From assembly GCA_050253415.1 (NCBI GenBank), contig JBFWJC010000003.1:96001-160000 (forward strand): a DNA stretch of 64,000 nt. Reading direction: 5' to 3'. The notes beneath the pieces were generated by a model, which saw only the letters and a list, made by a program, of their open reading frames with translations, searched no databases and was not told the origin of the DNA. Made by a program: the position numbers and the translations under genes. This stretch comes from Pedobacter sp. Lineage in GTDB: Bacteria > Desulfobacterota > Desulfuromonadia > Desulfuromonadales > Syntrophotaleaceae. Of the stretch, positions 27,819 through 37,157 are shown one piece after another (position 1 is the first letter of the stretch; each line of letters starts with the position of its first letter).

Positions 27819-30113
27819 TTATGATACCTGCTCTATGCTTATAGACTGGTTGTTGTGGTTGGACAGAAAAGACTCAACTTTTTCCACCGGCATCGGTCGG
27901 GCAAAATAATATCCCTGCATCTCGAAGCATCCCCGTTGATGCAAAAACATCATCTGCTCCTCTGTTTCGACACCCTCTGCAATGACCTTCAGTCCAAGAC
28001 GGTCAGCCATAACCATGATGGTTTCGACAATGGCTGCGTCGTCTTTGTCGGCAGGAATATCTCTGACGAAATCCTGGGCGATTTTTATCCGGTCGATGGG
28101 GGAGTTTTTCAGGTAACTCAGGGATGAGTATCCCGTGCCGAAATCGTCTATGGAAATTTGGACCCCGCGCATTTTTAGATCGACGAGAATTTCGATGGCG
28201 TTATCCAGGTTTTCCATGAAGACGCTTTCGGTAATTTCCAGTTCCAGAAAATGAGGCTCCAATCCGGAAAGTTCCAGCGCTTCTTCAATGCGTTCCACTA
28301 ATCCGGGTTGTCTGAATTGCTGGGCGGACAGGTTGACGGCCATGCGCATGGGGGGGAACCCCATGTGCCGCCACTTCATGGCCTGATGGCAGGTTGTGCG
28401 CAATATCCAGTCGCCCATGGCATGGATCAACCCCGTTTCCTCGGCTACGGGAATAAACATGCCGGGCGCGATAACGCCTGTCTCCGGGTGCTGCCAGCGT
28501 ACCAACGCCTCCACCGCGATAATGTCCCCCGTCCGTAGGTCGACCTGAGGTTGGTAGACCAGGAAAAATTCTTCATTTCTTATGGCGCGGCGCAATCCTG
28601 CTTCGAGATGGTGGCGTTCGATAACCTTGCGGTGAATCTCGTCGGTGAAAAAGCGATAGGTGTTGCGTCCTGATTTTTTGGCTTCGTACATGGCCATGTC
28701 GGCATTTTTCAGGAGGGTTTCCGAATCCCTGCCGTTTTGAGGGAACAAAGCAATGCCGATGCTTCCCGATGTGTAACATTGGAATTCGCCCAAATCGAAG
28801 GGAGTTTCGCTCAAAGCTGTGAGTATCTCATTCGCTCTGTGGGCAGCTTCAGCGAAATTTTGCACGTCGGTCAGCACCAGCACGAACTCATCACCTCCGA
28901 GCCGTGCCAGGGTGTCTCGACCGTTCAGTAGCTTGCGAAACCGGGAAGTAAGCTGTATCAGTAATTCATCGCCTTTGGCATGGCCGCTCGTGTCGTTGAT
29001 CTGCTTGAAATCGTCAAGGTCCAGCATGCATACGGCGATCGCTTCGGATCCGAGCGATGCTTGCTTGAGCGCCTGGTCCATATGCTTTTTAAGTGCGATG
29101 CGATTGGGGAGTCCTGTCAACGCATCACAATAGGCGAACTGTCTGATTTCGCGCTCGCTTGCTTTTTTGCTGGTGACATCACTGAAGTAAGCTGTCAGCG
29201 ACAAGGGCCTCTGCGAGGTGTCTCTGGTCACAAAGGCCTGTACTTCCAATTCAAATACGGAGCCCCGGTTTCTTTGGGCGAGCAACTCGCCTTGCCATTT
29301 CCCTTCGGTTTTGAGCGCCTCAATGGCACGCAGCCCCTCTTGAGGCTCTTTCAGAAAGGAAGTGAACGACTTACCGAGCATTTCCAAGGCACAACTGTAG
29401 CCGAACAGTTCCAGCAGAGCTGGATTGGCATAGGTGACTGTACCATCCATGGTTGCCATGCCTACGGGATTACTGGATGAATCGATGGCGTATTGGGCAA
29501 GGAGCAGCTTTTCTTCCGCCAACTTGCGATCGGTAATATCGCGGATGGTCGAGCGACGCCCGAGTAGATGACCTCGAAAATCGCGCATTTGGCGGCACAG
29601 ATGTTCGACCCAGCGCGTTTCCGAATCAGCTGTCATGATTCGAAACTGGCGAAAGCATGAACGTTCATGGCAAATGGACTGCTTGTACAGGTCATAATCG
29701 TCAGGATAAACAATTCTTTCGAGGAGACCATGATCCTTCTGGAAGTCATCGGCGCAATAGCCGGTTATACGTTCGCAAGAAGGTGAGGTGTAGATCAGAT
29801 TTCCGTCCGGCGCAGTCCAGAATTCCCAATCGTAGGTGAAATCGGCAACCGTTTGAAACAGCTTCTCCTTTTCGCGTAGCGATTTGGTCGTGTTTCTGCA
29901 TGTTTTGATGGAATATAATAGGGCTATCGCCAAAAGTGAAAATACGCCGCTAATAATCAGAATAAGATGGATGCAGCTGAGGGAGGATATGTCCTGGTTG
30001 CCGGTTGCGCTAAAACCATTGCAGGGCACTCCCAGCAGCAGTCCCGTAGCCAACAGGCGAAAGGCTGATTTGAGGGGTTTTATAAAAGCGCCACTGCTTA
30101 TTTCGGTTTGCAT
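27819..30113 (-). CDS. Membrane PAS-PAS-GGDEF-EAL protein
   Basis: DALTGLPNR, GGDEF, VEALVRW, DDFGTGYSS intact; start set downstream of riboswitch and terminator. Confidence 0.9.
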   Translation of the reverse strand: MQTEISSGAFIKPLKSAFRLLATGLLLGVPCNGFSATGNQDISSLSCIHLILIISGVFSLLAIALLYSIKTCRNTTKSLREKEKLFQTVADFTYDWEFWTAPDGNLIYTSPSCERITGYCADDFQKDHGLLERIVYPDDYDLYKQSICHERSCFRQFRIMTADSETRWVEHLCRQMRDFRGHLLGRRSTIRDITDRKLAEEKLLLAQYAIDSSSNPVGMATMDGTVTYANPALLELFGYSCALEMLGKSFTSFLKEPQEGLRAIEALKTEGKWQGELLAQRNRGSVFELEVQAFVTRDTSQRPLSLTAYFSDVTSKKASEREIRQFAYCDALTGLPNRIALKKHMDQALKQASLGSEAIAVCMLDLDDFKQINDTSGHAKGDELLIQLTSRFRKLLNGRDTLARLGGDEFVLVLTDVQNFAEAAHRANEILTALSETPFDLGEFQCYTSGSIGIALFPQNGRDSETLLKNADMAMYEAKKSGRNTYRFFTDEIHRKVIERHHLEAGLRRAIRNEEFFLVYQPQVDLRTGDIIAVEALVRWQHPETGVIAPGMFIPVAEETGLIHAMGDWILRTTCHQAMKWRHMGFPPMRMAVNLSAQQFRQPGLVERIEEALELSGLEPHFLELEITESVFMENLDNAIEILVDLKMRGVQISIDDFGTGYSSLSYLKNSPIDRIKIAQDFVRDIPADKDDAAIVETIMVMADRLGLKVIAEGVETEEQMMFLHQRGCFEMQGYYFARPMPVEKVESFLSNHNNQSISIEQVS

Positions 30114-30187
30114 TGGGTAAATCTTGGATAGGTGCCGTTTGCTGAATTTATTCAGCTTGAAAAGGCTGTTTCCTTGAGTCCACAACC

Positions 30188-30233
30188 AAAAAAAGCACCC
30201 AAAGGCCCTGGGATGCCAGGGATATCGGGTGCT
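30188..30233 (-). terminator. Terminator (expression platform) downstream of minus-strand riboswitch
   Basis: Minus strand AGCACCC...CCCTGG/CCAGGG...GGGTGCTTTTTTT. Confidence 0.75.
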
Positions 30234-30279
30234 GGATAAACGGTATAGTTGTAAGATTTTATATATATTTATGGTCATT

Positions 30280-30360
30280 TCTTCGGTAACCCGGCTATCC
30301 CCTGGAAAGGACCCGTGGCTTTGCGTCACCGGGTTACCCCGGTTTTGCCAGTATCGGAAA
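30280..30360 (-). promoter_or_regulatory. c-di-GMP-I (GEMM) riboswitch
   Basis: Minus strand GGCAAAACCGGG-GTAA-CCCGGT-GACGCAAAGCCACGGGTCC...GGATAGCCGGGTTACCGAAG. Confidence 0.9.
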
Positions 30361-30670
30361 TTTGTATGGCCCCATAATAGCCAGTGGAATTAAAATGTCC
30401 ACAAAAATAATTAAAAAAAATGATGCAAGGTGCCGAAAAGACAGATACCGAGACTCCTTTGTTTTCTACAGAGGTGAACGCTACGCAAAACTGGGATGAT
30501 ATTGACACGATTCCTGCATCGGGGGCTTGTTAGCTTGAAACTTACGCTAATGCCTGGTTCTTAACAAAATATTGACAGCCTGGAAGGGGATAATCCCCGG
30601 TTCCTGGTGGTGTGGTGGACCTTTACAGGGTCTTCTGGCGTTTCGTCGAATTTCGCGGAGAGTCAAGATT

Positions 30671-31645
30671 ATGAAACAATATGCTTCACAGGAGATTCTG
30701 CTGGAAAGCGGTACCAATGAAATGGAGATTCTCGAGTTTTACCTGGGAGGTCAATCGTTTGGTATCAATGTCCAGAAATTGCGGGAGATCATCTGTTACG
30801 ATCCTGCCAAACGTACAGCCATGCCGGAATCCCTGCCCTCGGTTCTCGGGGTCTATATGGTACGGGGGACGTCCATCCCGCTTGTTGATCTGACCAGCCA
30901 CCTGCGGCAGCGGACCGCCGTGGCTCCGGATGCTGATGCTCGCTGTATCGTGCTGGTTTGCCAGTTCAACCAGAAAGTGACGGGATTCCTTGTTGATGGT
31001 GTGAACCAGATCCACCGGGTTAACTGGCAGAATGTCGAGCCCATGGCATCGATCATCGAAAGATTCCGCCCTCGTTTTACCGGCACTATTCACGTCGAGG
31101 ATCGAGAAGTCCTGATCGTTGACCTCGAACACATCGTGGCCGAGGTGGATCCGGAAATGAGCATGTCCTTTGACCATGAAACGGAATCGGCTTCGGATTC
31201 ACTTGCGTTGCTTAAGCGTGGGAATATCGGGTTGATGATTGCCGAAGATTCCGTGATTATTCGTCTTGGCATTCAAAAGGTTCTGGCCAATGCCGGATAT
31301 GCCAATGTCAAAGCGTTTGCTGACGGGGAGGAATGCTATCAGGAATTGTTACGACTCAAGGAACAGTCGGATACCGAGGCGGAGTTTTTGAAACATACAC
31401 GGTTGCTGATTACCGATATCGAAATGCCACGCATGGACGGACTGACTCTGTGTCGCAGAATTCGCGAGGAGTTAGGCTTGAAGGATCTCAAAATTATCAT
31501 GTTTTCCTCTTTGGTTACGGATCAGATGGCCCACAAGTGCCGTTCGGTTGGCGCGGATACCTGGATAAGTAAACCTCAGATTCCCACCTTGGTAGAGCTT
31601 GTGGATGGTTACTGTCTTGGTGGAAAATCGCCTACGCAGAAGTAG
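30671..31645 (+). CDS. cheV: Chemotaxis protein CheV (CheW + receiver)
   Basis: ILLESGTNEMEILEF, FGINVQKLREI, AEDS, ITDIEMPRMDG, FSSL, SKP. Confidence 0.92.
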   Translation: MKQYASQEILLESGTNEMEILEFYLGGQSFGINVQKLREIICYDPAKRTAMPESLPSVLGVYMVRGTSIPLVDLTSHLRQRTAVAPDADARCIVLVCQFNQKVTGFLVDGVNQIHRVNWQNVEPMASIIERFRPRFTGTIHVEDREVLIVDLEHIVAEVDPEMSMSFDHETESASDSLALLKRGNIGLMIAEDSVIIRLGIQKVLANAGYANVKAFADGEECYQELLRLKEQSDTEAEFLKHTRLLITDIEMPRMDGLTLCRRIREELGLKDLKIIMFSSLVTDQMAHKCRSVGADTWISKPQIPTLVELVDGYCLGGKSPTQK

Positions 31646-31851
31646 TCCGATGTTTGTTGGTTGCATCACGATTTAACTGCAGAGATATTTCTGCCCATTT
31701 GTGTAGTCAATGTTGCATGTTTCATCAATGAGTCTATTTGTGGTTTTGTTGGACTGATCTAATCAGACGTAGTTTCTGTATATATTCTAAATATAAGCGG
31801 GTTGATATTTCTAACTTACATTGTTATAAGTCAATACATGATTCAATCAAT

Positions 31852-31935
31852 ATTATTATTTTAACGGCAAACTCACAGTGATGTGGGGACGCAAAGCCAT
31901 GGGTCCTTTTATTCAGGATCGCCAGGTTACATAAT
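31852..31935 (+). promoter_or_regulatory. c-di-GMP-I (GEMM) riboswitch
   Basis: GGCAAACTCACA-GTGA-TGTGGG-GACGCAAAGCCATGGGTCC...GGATCGCCAGGTTAC; AT-rich P1. Confidence 0.85.
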
Positions 31936-31950
31936 GAACAAAATTAAACA

Positions 31951-31992
31951 AATAAAAGCCCATCTTTCTCGTTGAAGATGGGCTTTTATTTT
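31951..31992 (+). terminator. Terminator downstream of plus-strand riboswitch
   Basis: AATAAAAGCCCATCTT...AAGATGGGCTTTTATTTT. Confidence 0.85.
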
Positions 31993-32059
31993 GTGATTAG
32001 AATACACAAAGCCATTAGCGCGGTACTGTTTGTTATTTAATCAATCACAGGAATTACCT

Positions 32060-34894
32060 ATGAGTGTTGTCTCTTCACGGTCTGCTGCTTATCAAGCGCT
32101 TCAAGATACCATCCGCACTATGCCAAATTGCATTGCTATTGTTGACCAAAACAGGCGCATTGCCGCTTGCAACTGGTACGGTCTGGAATCTTTTCCACCT
32201 CATCTGAAACATGCTCATCTCTTTTGTCATGAGATCTTTGATATTCACGCAGGACAGCCTTGCCAGCCCTGCGTGGTTGATACGGTTTTTGCCAGTGGGA
32301 AACCGGGAACTTTTGAAAAAAAACTTCCTGAAAACGGGGTCGTACATGTCGAAGCATTCCCTGTGTTTGATGAAACGGGACAGGTTGCTTTTGTTGTTCA
32401 GCAATTCAATTTTTCGACATTCCAACCTTATCCTGAAGATGAACTCGCCAATACGGCGCGGGTCATGGATACCTCCCATACGCCTTTTGGCGTGACCGAT
32501 GTTGAAGGGAGAGTGATGTATGTCAATGCGGCTTTCCTTGATATGTGGGGTTACAATCACAAAGGCGAAATCATAGGGAAGAATGTTTCTTGTTTGTGGA
32601 ACCGGGTAGAAGAGGCCGCAGCGGCCCTTGAAACTCTCCAACAACAGGACTACCTTTCCGCCGAAATGAGCGGCATAAATAGAAATGGCGATCCAGTTCG
32701 CGCACAGGTGTCGGGGTCGCTGATAAGGAATTCAGGTGGCAATTCATCCTGCATCTGGGTCTCCTTCCTCGATATTACGCAGTATAAGGATGTTGAAAAG
32801 CAACTTTATGACAGCGAGGCCCGGTTTCAGGAGATGGCCGACAGTCTGCCTCAGACCATTTTTGAGGCAGACACTTTTGGTCGGATTACTTTTGCCAACG
32901 CTTATGCTTTTCAGTTGTTCGGATACAACCAGGCGGATATTGATGCGGGGATTAATATCATGCAGGTCATTGCTCCCAAGGACAGGATAAAGGCCATGGG
33001 ACTTGCGCAGAGGGTGCTCCAGGGGGAAATGGAGATCCGGGCGGATGTCGAGGCCTGCCGTCGTGACGGGAGTCGTTTTCCGGTGTTGGTTTGCAGCAAT
33101 CCGATCATTCGCGACCAGCGTATCGTGGGATTTCGCGGCACGCTGATGGATGTAAGCGAACAAAAGCGTATAGAGAAATCGTTGCGTACCAGTCAGGAGC
33201 GTTACCGTGCCCTGGTCGAAAACCAGGTTGAACTTGTGATGCGTTGGTTGCCCGACACCACGCTCACCTACGTGAATCCGGCCTATTGTCGATTTTTTGA
33301 AAAATCCGAGGACCAGCTCATCGGCCAGAAGTTCCTGCAGCAGGTACCGGAGATCTACCATAAATATCTCGGCCGACAGATCGCGTCGGTGCTGGAATAC
33401 CCCAAAACAGTATACTCCGAATTTCAATCCATCGCGGCCGATGGCAGGCCTGCATGGCATCGCTGGAGCGATACTCCGATTGTCGATCAGGATGGCAAGG
33501 TGGTGGAATTTCAATCCGTAGGGATGGATATCACCGAGCTTAAAGAGGCGTATCAACGATTGCATCGGAGCGAATTGCGCTATCAGCATCTGGCCCAGCA
33601 TGATCCGTTGACGGGGTTGCCTAACCAGGTTTTGCTGTTTGATCGTCTCAAACACGTGGTTTCGAAGTGCCGTCGATTCGGTCGTGCTTTTGCTCTACTG
33701 GTGGTTGACCTGGACCGCTTCAAAAAGGTCACCGATGCCTTGGGTCATGATGGCGCGGACCGAGTGCTGTGCCTGGTAGGTCAACGCTTCGGGGAAGTTG
33801 TGCGTGAATCTGACACTCTCGCCAAGATGAGTGGCGATGAATTTGTCATTATTTGCGACGAAATCAACAGTGCCGAAGGGCCTTCGGTCCTGGCGCAAAT
33901 GCTGTTGGACAGCCTGTCTGTGCCCTTTGAAATGAATGGACACATCCTTTCGCTGTCGGCCACGGTCGGGATTTCCTTCTGGAAAGATGGCATAAGCAGC
34001 CTCGAGAGCCTTGTGCAAGAAGCGGAACTTGCCATGCAGGAGGGCAAACGGCAAGGCGGTAATCGTTACCTTTTTTTCAACCGCCAGATGAGCGAACGTA
34101 CCAGGGATGAAGTTTGCGTGGAGGGGCTTCTGCGTCAGGCTATCCAGAATGATGCTTTGCATCTGGTTTTTTTGCCGCAAATCGATCTGGCCTCCGGTAC
34201 CACTGCCGGCATTGAGACCCTGGCGCGCTTGAACGACCCTGACGGTAACTGTATCCTCCCAGGCGAGTTTGTTCCCATTGCCGAAAAAACCGGGCTTATC
34301 CTGGAGCTGGGGGATTGGGTTCTGGAAAAAGCCTGCGAACAGAATTGTCGTTGGCAGGAGGCGGGTTTTGTTCCGACTGTCATAACTGTCAACGTTTCCC
34401 CCGAACAGTTCAGTCAATCCGATTTTGCCGATCGGGTCATGGGCATACTGGCTAAAACAGGGATGAAACCTTGTTGGCTCGAGCTTGAGATCAACGAACG
34501 CGCCATTATGGAGAACGTTGTCCATGCTATCGAAGTGATGGAAATGTTGACCAGGGTGGGTGTTCGTTTTGCTATTGATGATTTTGGTAAAGGATTTTCT
34601 TCCCTGGCGCATCTGCGGCACCTGCCTGTCTCCAAGTTGAAAATCGACCGTACCTTTACCCGGCATGTGCCGGAGAATGCCTTGGATGTCAAGCTGGTCA
34701 ACGCTGTTGTTGCCTTGGCGCGTAGTTTGGGGGTACAAACGGTTGTGGAAGGGGTGGAAAGCGACACGCAATGTGAGTATTTCCGAGGACTACAGTGTGA
34801 TCTGGCACAGGGCTATTTGTTCGGACCGCCAAAATCGGCAGGGGAGATTTTCGATTTTTTAACCTGTCGTGACGGTGATGAGCCACCTGTGTAA
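32060..34894 (+). CDS. Cytoplasmic multi-PAS GGDEF(SGDEF)-EAL(ETL) protein
   Basis: About four PAS domains, DPLTGLPN, SGDEF, IETLARL, DDFGKGFSS. Confidence 0.9.
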   Translation: MSVVSSRSAAYQALQDTIRTMPNCIAIVDQNRRIAACNWYGLESFPPHLKHAHLFCHEIFDIHAGQPCQPCVVDTVFASGKPGTFEKKLPENGVVHVEAFPVFDETGQVAFVVQQFNFSTFQPYPEDELANTARVMDTSHTPFGVTDVEGRVMYVNAAFLDMWGYNHKGEIIGKNVSCLWNRVEEAAAALETLQQQDYLSAEMSGINRNGDPVRAQVSGSLIRNSGGNSSCIWVSFLDITQYKDVEKQLYDSEARFQEMADSLPQTIFEADTFGRITFANAYAFQLFGYNQADIDAGINIMQVIAPKDRIKAMGLAQRVLQGEMEIRADVEACRRDGSRFPVLVCSNPIIRDQRIVGFRGTLMDVSEQKRIEKSLRTSQERYRALVENQVELVMRWLPDTTLTYVNPAYCRFFEKSEDQLIGQKFLQQVPEIYHKYLGRQIASVLEYPKTVYSEFQSIAADGRPAWHRWSDTPIVDQDGKVVEFQSVGMDITELKEAYQRLHRSELRYQHLAQHDPLTGLPNQVLLFDRLKHVVSKCRRFGRAFALLVVDLDRFKKVTDALGHDGADRVLCLVGQRFGEVVRESDTLAKMSGDEFVIICDEINSAEGPSVLAQMLLDSLSVPFEMNGHILSLSATVGISFWKDGISSLESLVQEAELAMQEGKRQGGNRYLFFNRQMSERTRDEVCVEGLLRQAIQNDALHLVFLPQIDLASGTTAGIETLARLNDPDGNCILPGEFVPIAEKTGLILELGDWVLEKACEQNCRWQEAGFVPTVITVNVSPEQFSQSDFADRVMGILAKTGMKPCWLELEINERAIMENVVHAIEVMEMLTRVGVRFAIDDFGKGFSSLAHLRHLPVSKLKIDRTFTRHVPENALDVKLVNAVVALARSLGVQTVVEGVESDTQCEYFRGLQCDLAQGYLFGPPKSAGEIFDFLTCRDGDEPPV

Positions 34895-34972
34895 TGCATC
34901 TGTAAAATGTTTAGCGTTGGGTGTTACCTGCTTCAGGCGCCATTTTTACGAATGGCGTATCGGGAGCGACTA

Positions 34973-35962
34973 TCAATCTGGTATCGCATGGTTTGATAGA
35001 CCCTTCTTTGGTAAATCATCAATCTCTTTTGCCTCTGAAGGAGCCCCGCAGGTGCGATTGCGTCCGCTATCCTTGGCCTGATAAAGGGCTTTGTCGGCCT
35101 GTGAAAGTAGTGAGTGGATGCTGACATCCTGTGGATTCAGTGCAGCCAGACCCAGGCTTATTCGCATATGTATAATGCCGGTATCTGTTTTAAGCTCGGT
35201 GTTTTCAATGCTCCTGCGGATGCGCTCCGCAACCGACCATGCCTCGTTTAGATCTGTCGACAGGCACAGGATGGCGAACTCTTCACCACCGACCCGGGCC
35301 AGGATATCGGTATCGCGTAATTGGGGTCGAATGGTGTTCGTCAGATGAGCCAATGCCCGGTCGCCTTCAATATGGCCAAAACGGTCATTGATGGATTTGA
35401 AATGATCGACATCGAGGGATATCAGGGAAAGATTATGATGACGGCGTCTGGCAAGTTCACATTCCTTTTCCAGCCTCTGCATGAAGTAGCGCCGGTTATA
35501 AGCGCCCGTCAGGTCATCCAGTTCAGAAAGACGCTTCAGGCGTTCTTCCATCGTTTTTTGTTCGCTGACATTGATGGCGAGCCAAACTGCCGCCGGTTTT
35601 TTGCCGGGGTGTGAAGCTACCGGGTATACCCGCCCATGAAACCACTGCGGTCCTGTCGGGCCATTTGTTTCGGTGACGCAGACTTCGGCAGAGTCAAGGA
35701 TATAGTCGCACGTTTGCAAGGCGCCGGTATCGATGGCTTTTCGCACCACATCAAGAAACAGTTTCCATTTTTCTTCCGGCAGGACATCCTGCATGAAGCA
35801 ACCGATCAGGCCCTGTCCTGAATCATAATGGGATCGCGAGCGGCCTCCGAATACAGCCACATATCGGCCGTCATAGTCGAGTACAAAAATCGGTGCAGGA
35901 AGCGAATCCGCCACCGCCTGGATCTGGTCATATAACTCAGTGCATGCCTTGTCCTGGCTCAT
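34973..35962 (-). CDS. PAS-GGEEF diguanylate cyclase with I-site
   Basis: DDLTGAYNRR, DVDHFKSIND, RDTD-5aa-GGEEF. Confidence 0.92.
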   Translation of the reverse strand: MSQDKACTELYDQIQAVADSLPAPIFVLDYDGRYVAVFGGRSRSHYDSGQGLIGCFMQDVLPEEKWKLFLDVVRKAIDTGALQTCDYILDSAEVCVTETNGPTGPQWFHGRVYPVASHPGKKPAAVWLAINVSEQKTMEERLKRLSELDDLTGAYNRRYFMQRLEKECELARRRHHNLSLISLDVDHFKSINDRFGHIEGDRALAHLTNTIRPQLRDTDILARVGGEEFAILCLSTDLNEAWSVAERIRRSIENTELKTDTGIIHMRISLGLAALNPQDVSIHSLLSQADKALYQAKDSGRNRTCGAPSEAKEIDDLPKKGLSNHAIPD

Positions 35963-36314
35963 AACTCTTCCTTACTTACGGATTAGCTTGAAGTATACGC
36001 TGATTGTGTGGGATTTTCCAGCTTTTCACTCAGGTTCCAGATCAGGTGATGGTTTGGAGGTTGGGGACTGCTGTTTGGGCAAACCGTGATGCATCACCGC
36101 ATCGTTTCGTGGCGGGGCGGCATTTCGAACAGGGGGGATGTCTGGCGAAAATGTCTATCGATATACTGAAAATCGAAAAGGGGTATGGCAGTCAAGGTAT
36201 CCGCAGGTCATTGTTTTTTCACTGCTTTTAAGCCCAGGGTATATATTCCTTGAACAATGTCTCCAATTTTGTTAAAAAGGGCGTTCTATTTTATCTAAAA
36301 GGAGGGCTCTGACA

Positions 36315-37082
36315 ATGGGGCTTATGACTGGTAAACGCGGCATTATTTTTGGTGTGGCGAATGAACTGAGCATTGCCTGGGGAATCGCCCAGCAACTGCA
36401 TGCTGCCGGGGCCACTCTGGCTTTTACTTATCTCAATGGTGCTCTGGAGAAACGCGTTCGTCCTCTTGCCGAGAGTGTCAATGCTGATCTTATCCTGCCT
36501 TGCGATCTCGCCAAGGATGAGGATATCGAAGCGGTATACGAAGAGGTTGGCAAGAAGTGGGGCAAAATCGATTTCGTTGTCCATGCGGTGGCTTTTGCCA
36601 ACCGCGATGACCTCAAAAACCCCTTCAGCCAGACCAGCCGTGCCGGTTTCAGCCTTGCCATGGACATCAGCGCATACACCCTGGTCGCTGTGACTCGCGG
36701 TGCACTGCCGTTGATGAATGAAGGTGGCAGCATCGTCACTCTGTCGTACCTCGGCGCCGTTCGCGCTGTACCCAACTACAACGTCATGGGCGTGGCCAAG
36801 GCCGCACTGGAAGCATCGACGCGTTACCTGGCCGCCGAAGTGGGCGCCAAAAACATCCGTGTGAACGCAATTTCGGCCGGTCCTATCAAGACCCTGGCTT
36901 CTTCTGCGGTGGGGCAGTTCAAGGAAAAACTGCGCATCATGGATGAAGTCGCGCCGTTGCATCGTACCGTCACTCAGGAGGAAGTCGGAAAGTCGGCTCT
37001 TTACCTGCTGTCCGATCTTTCCAGTGGCGTTACCGGTGAAGTGCACTATGTCGATGCCGGTTTCAATTTCGTCGTTGGCTAA
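36315..37082 (+). CDS. fabI: Enoyl-ACP reductase
   Basis: GVANELSIAWGIA, YNVMGVAKAALE, ISAGPIKTLA. Confidence 0.96.
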   Translation: MGLMTGKRGIIFGVANELSIAWGIAQQLHAAGATLAFTYLNGALEKRVRPLAESVNADLILPCDLAKDEDIEAVYEEVGKKWGKIDFVVHAVAFANRDDLKNPFSQTSRAGFSLAMDISAYTLVAVTRGALPLMNEGGSIVTLSYLGAVRAVPNYNVMGVAKAALEASTRYLAAEVGAKNIRVNAISAGPIKTLASSAVGQFKEKLRIMDEVAPLHRTVTQEEVGKSALYLLSDLSSGVTGEVHYVDAGFNFVVG

Positions 37083-37117
37083 GTCGAAATGACAGTGCTT
37101 AAAACCTGTATATCTGC

Positions 37118-37149
37118 AAAAGGACCTTTAGGGGTCCTTTTTGTTTTTT
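37118..37149 (+). terminator. Rho-independent terminator after fabI
   Basis: AAAAGGACC...GGTCCTTTTTGTTTTT. Confidence 0.7.
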
Positions 37150-37157
37150 AGGGACTT

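Noticed and set aside
30114..30329. N-terminal extension of the GGDEF-EAL ORF
   Set aside because: It overlaps a riboswitch and terminator, so it is leader sequence.
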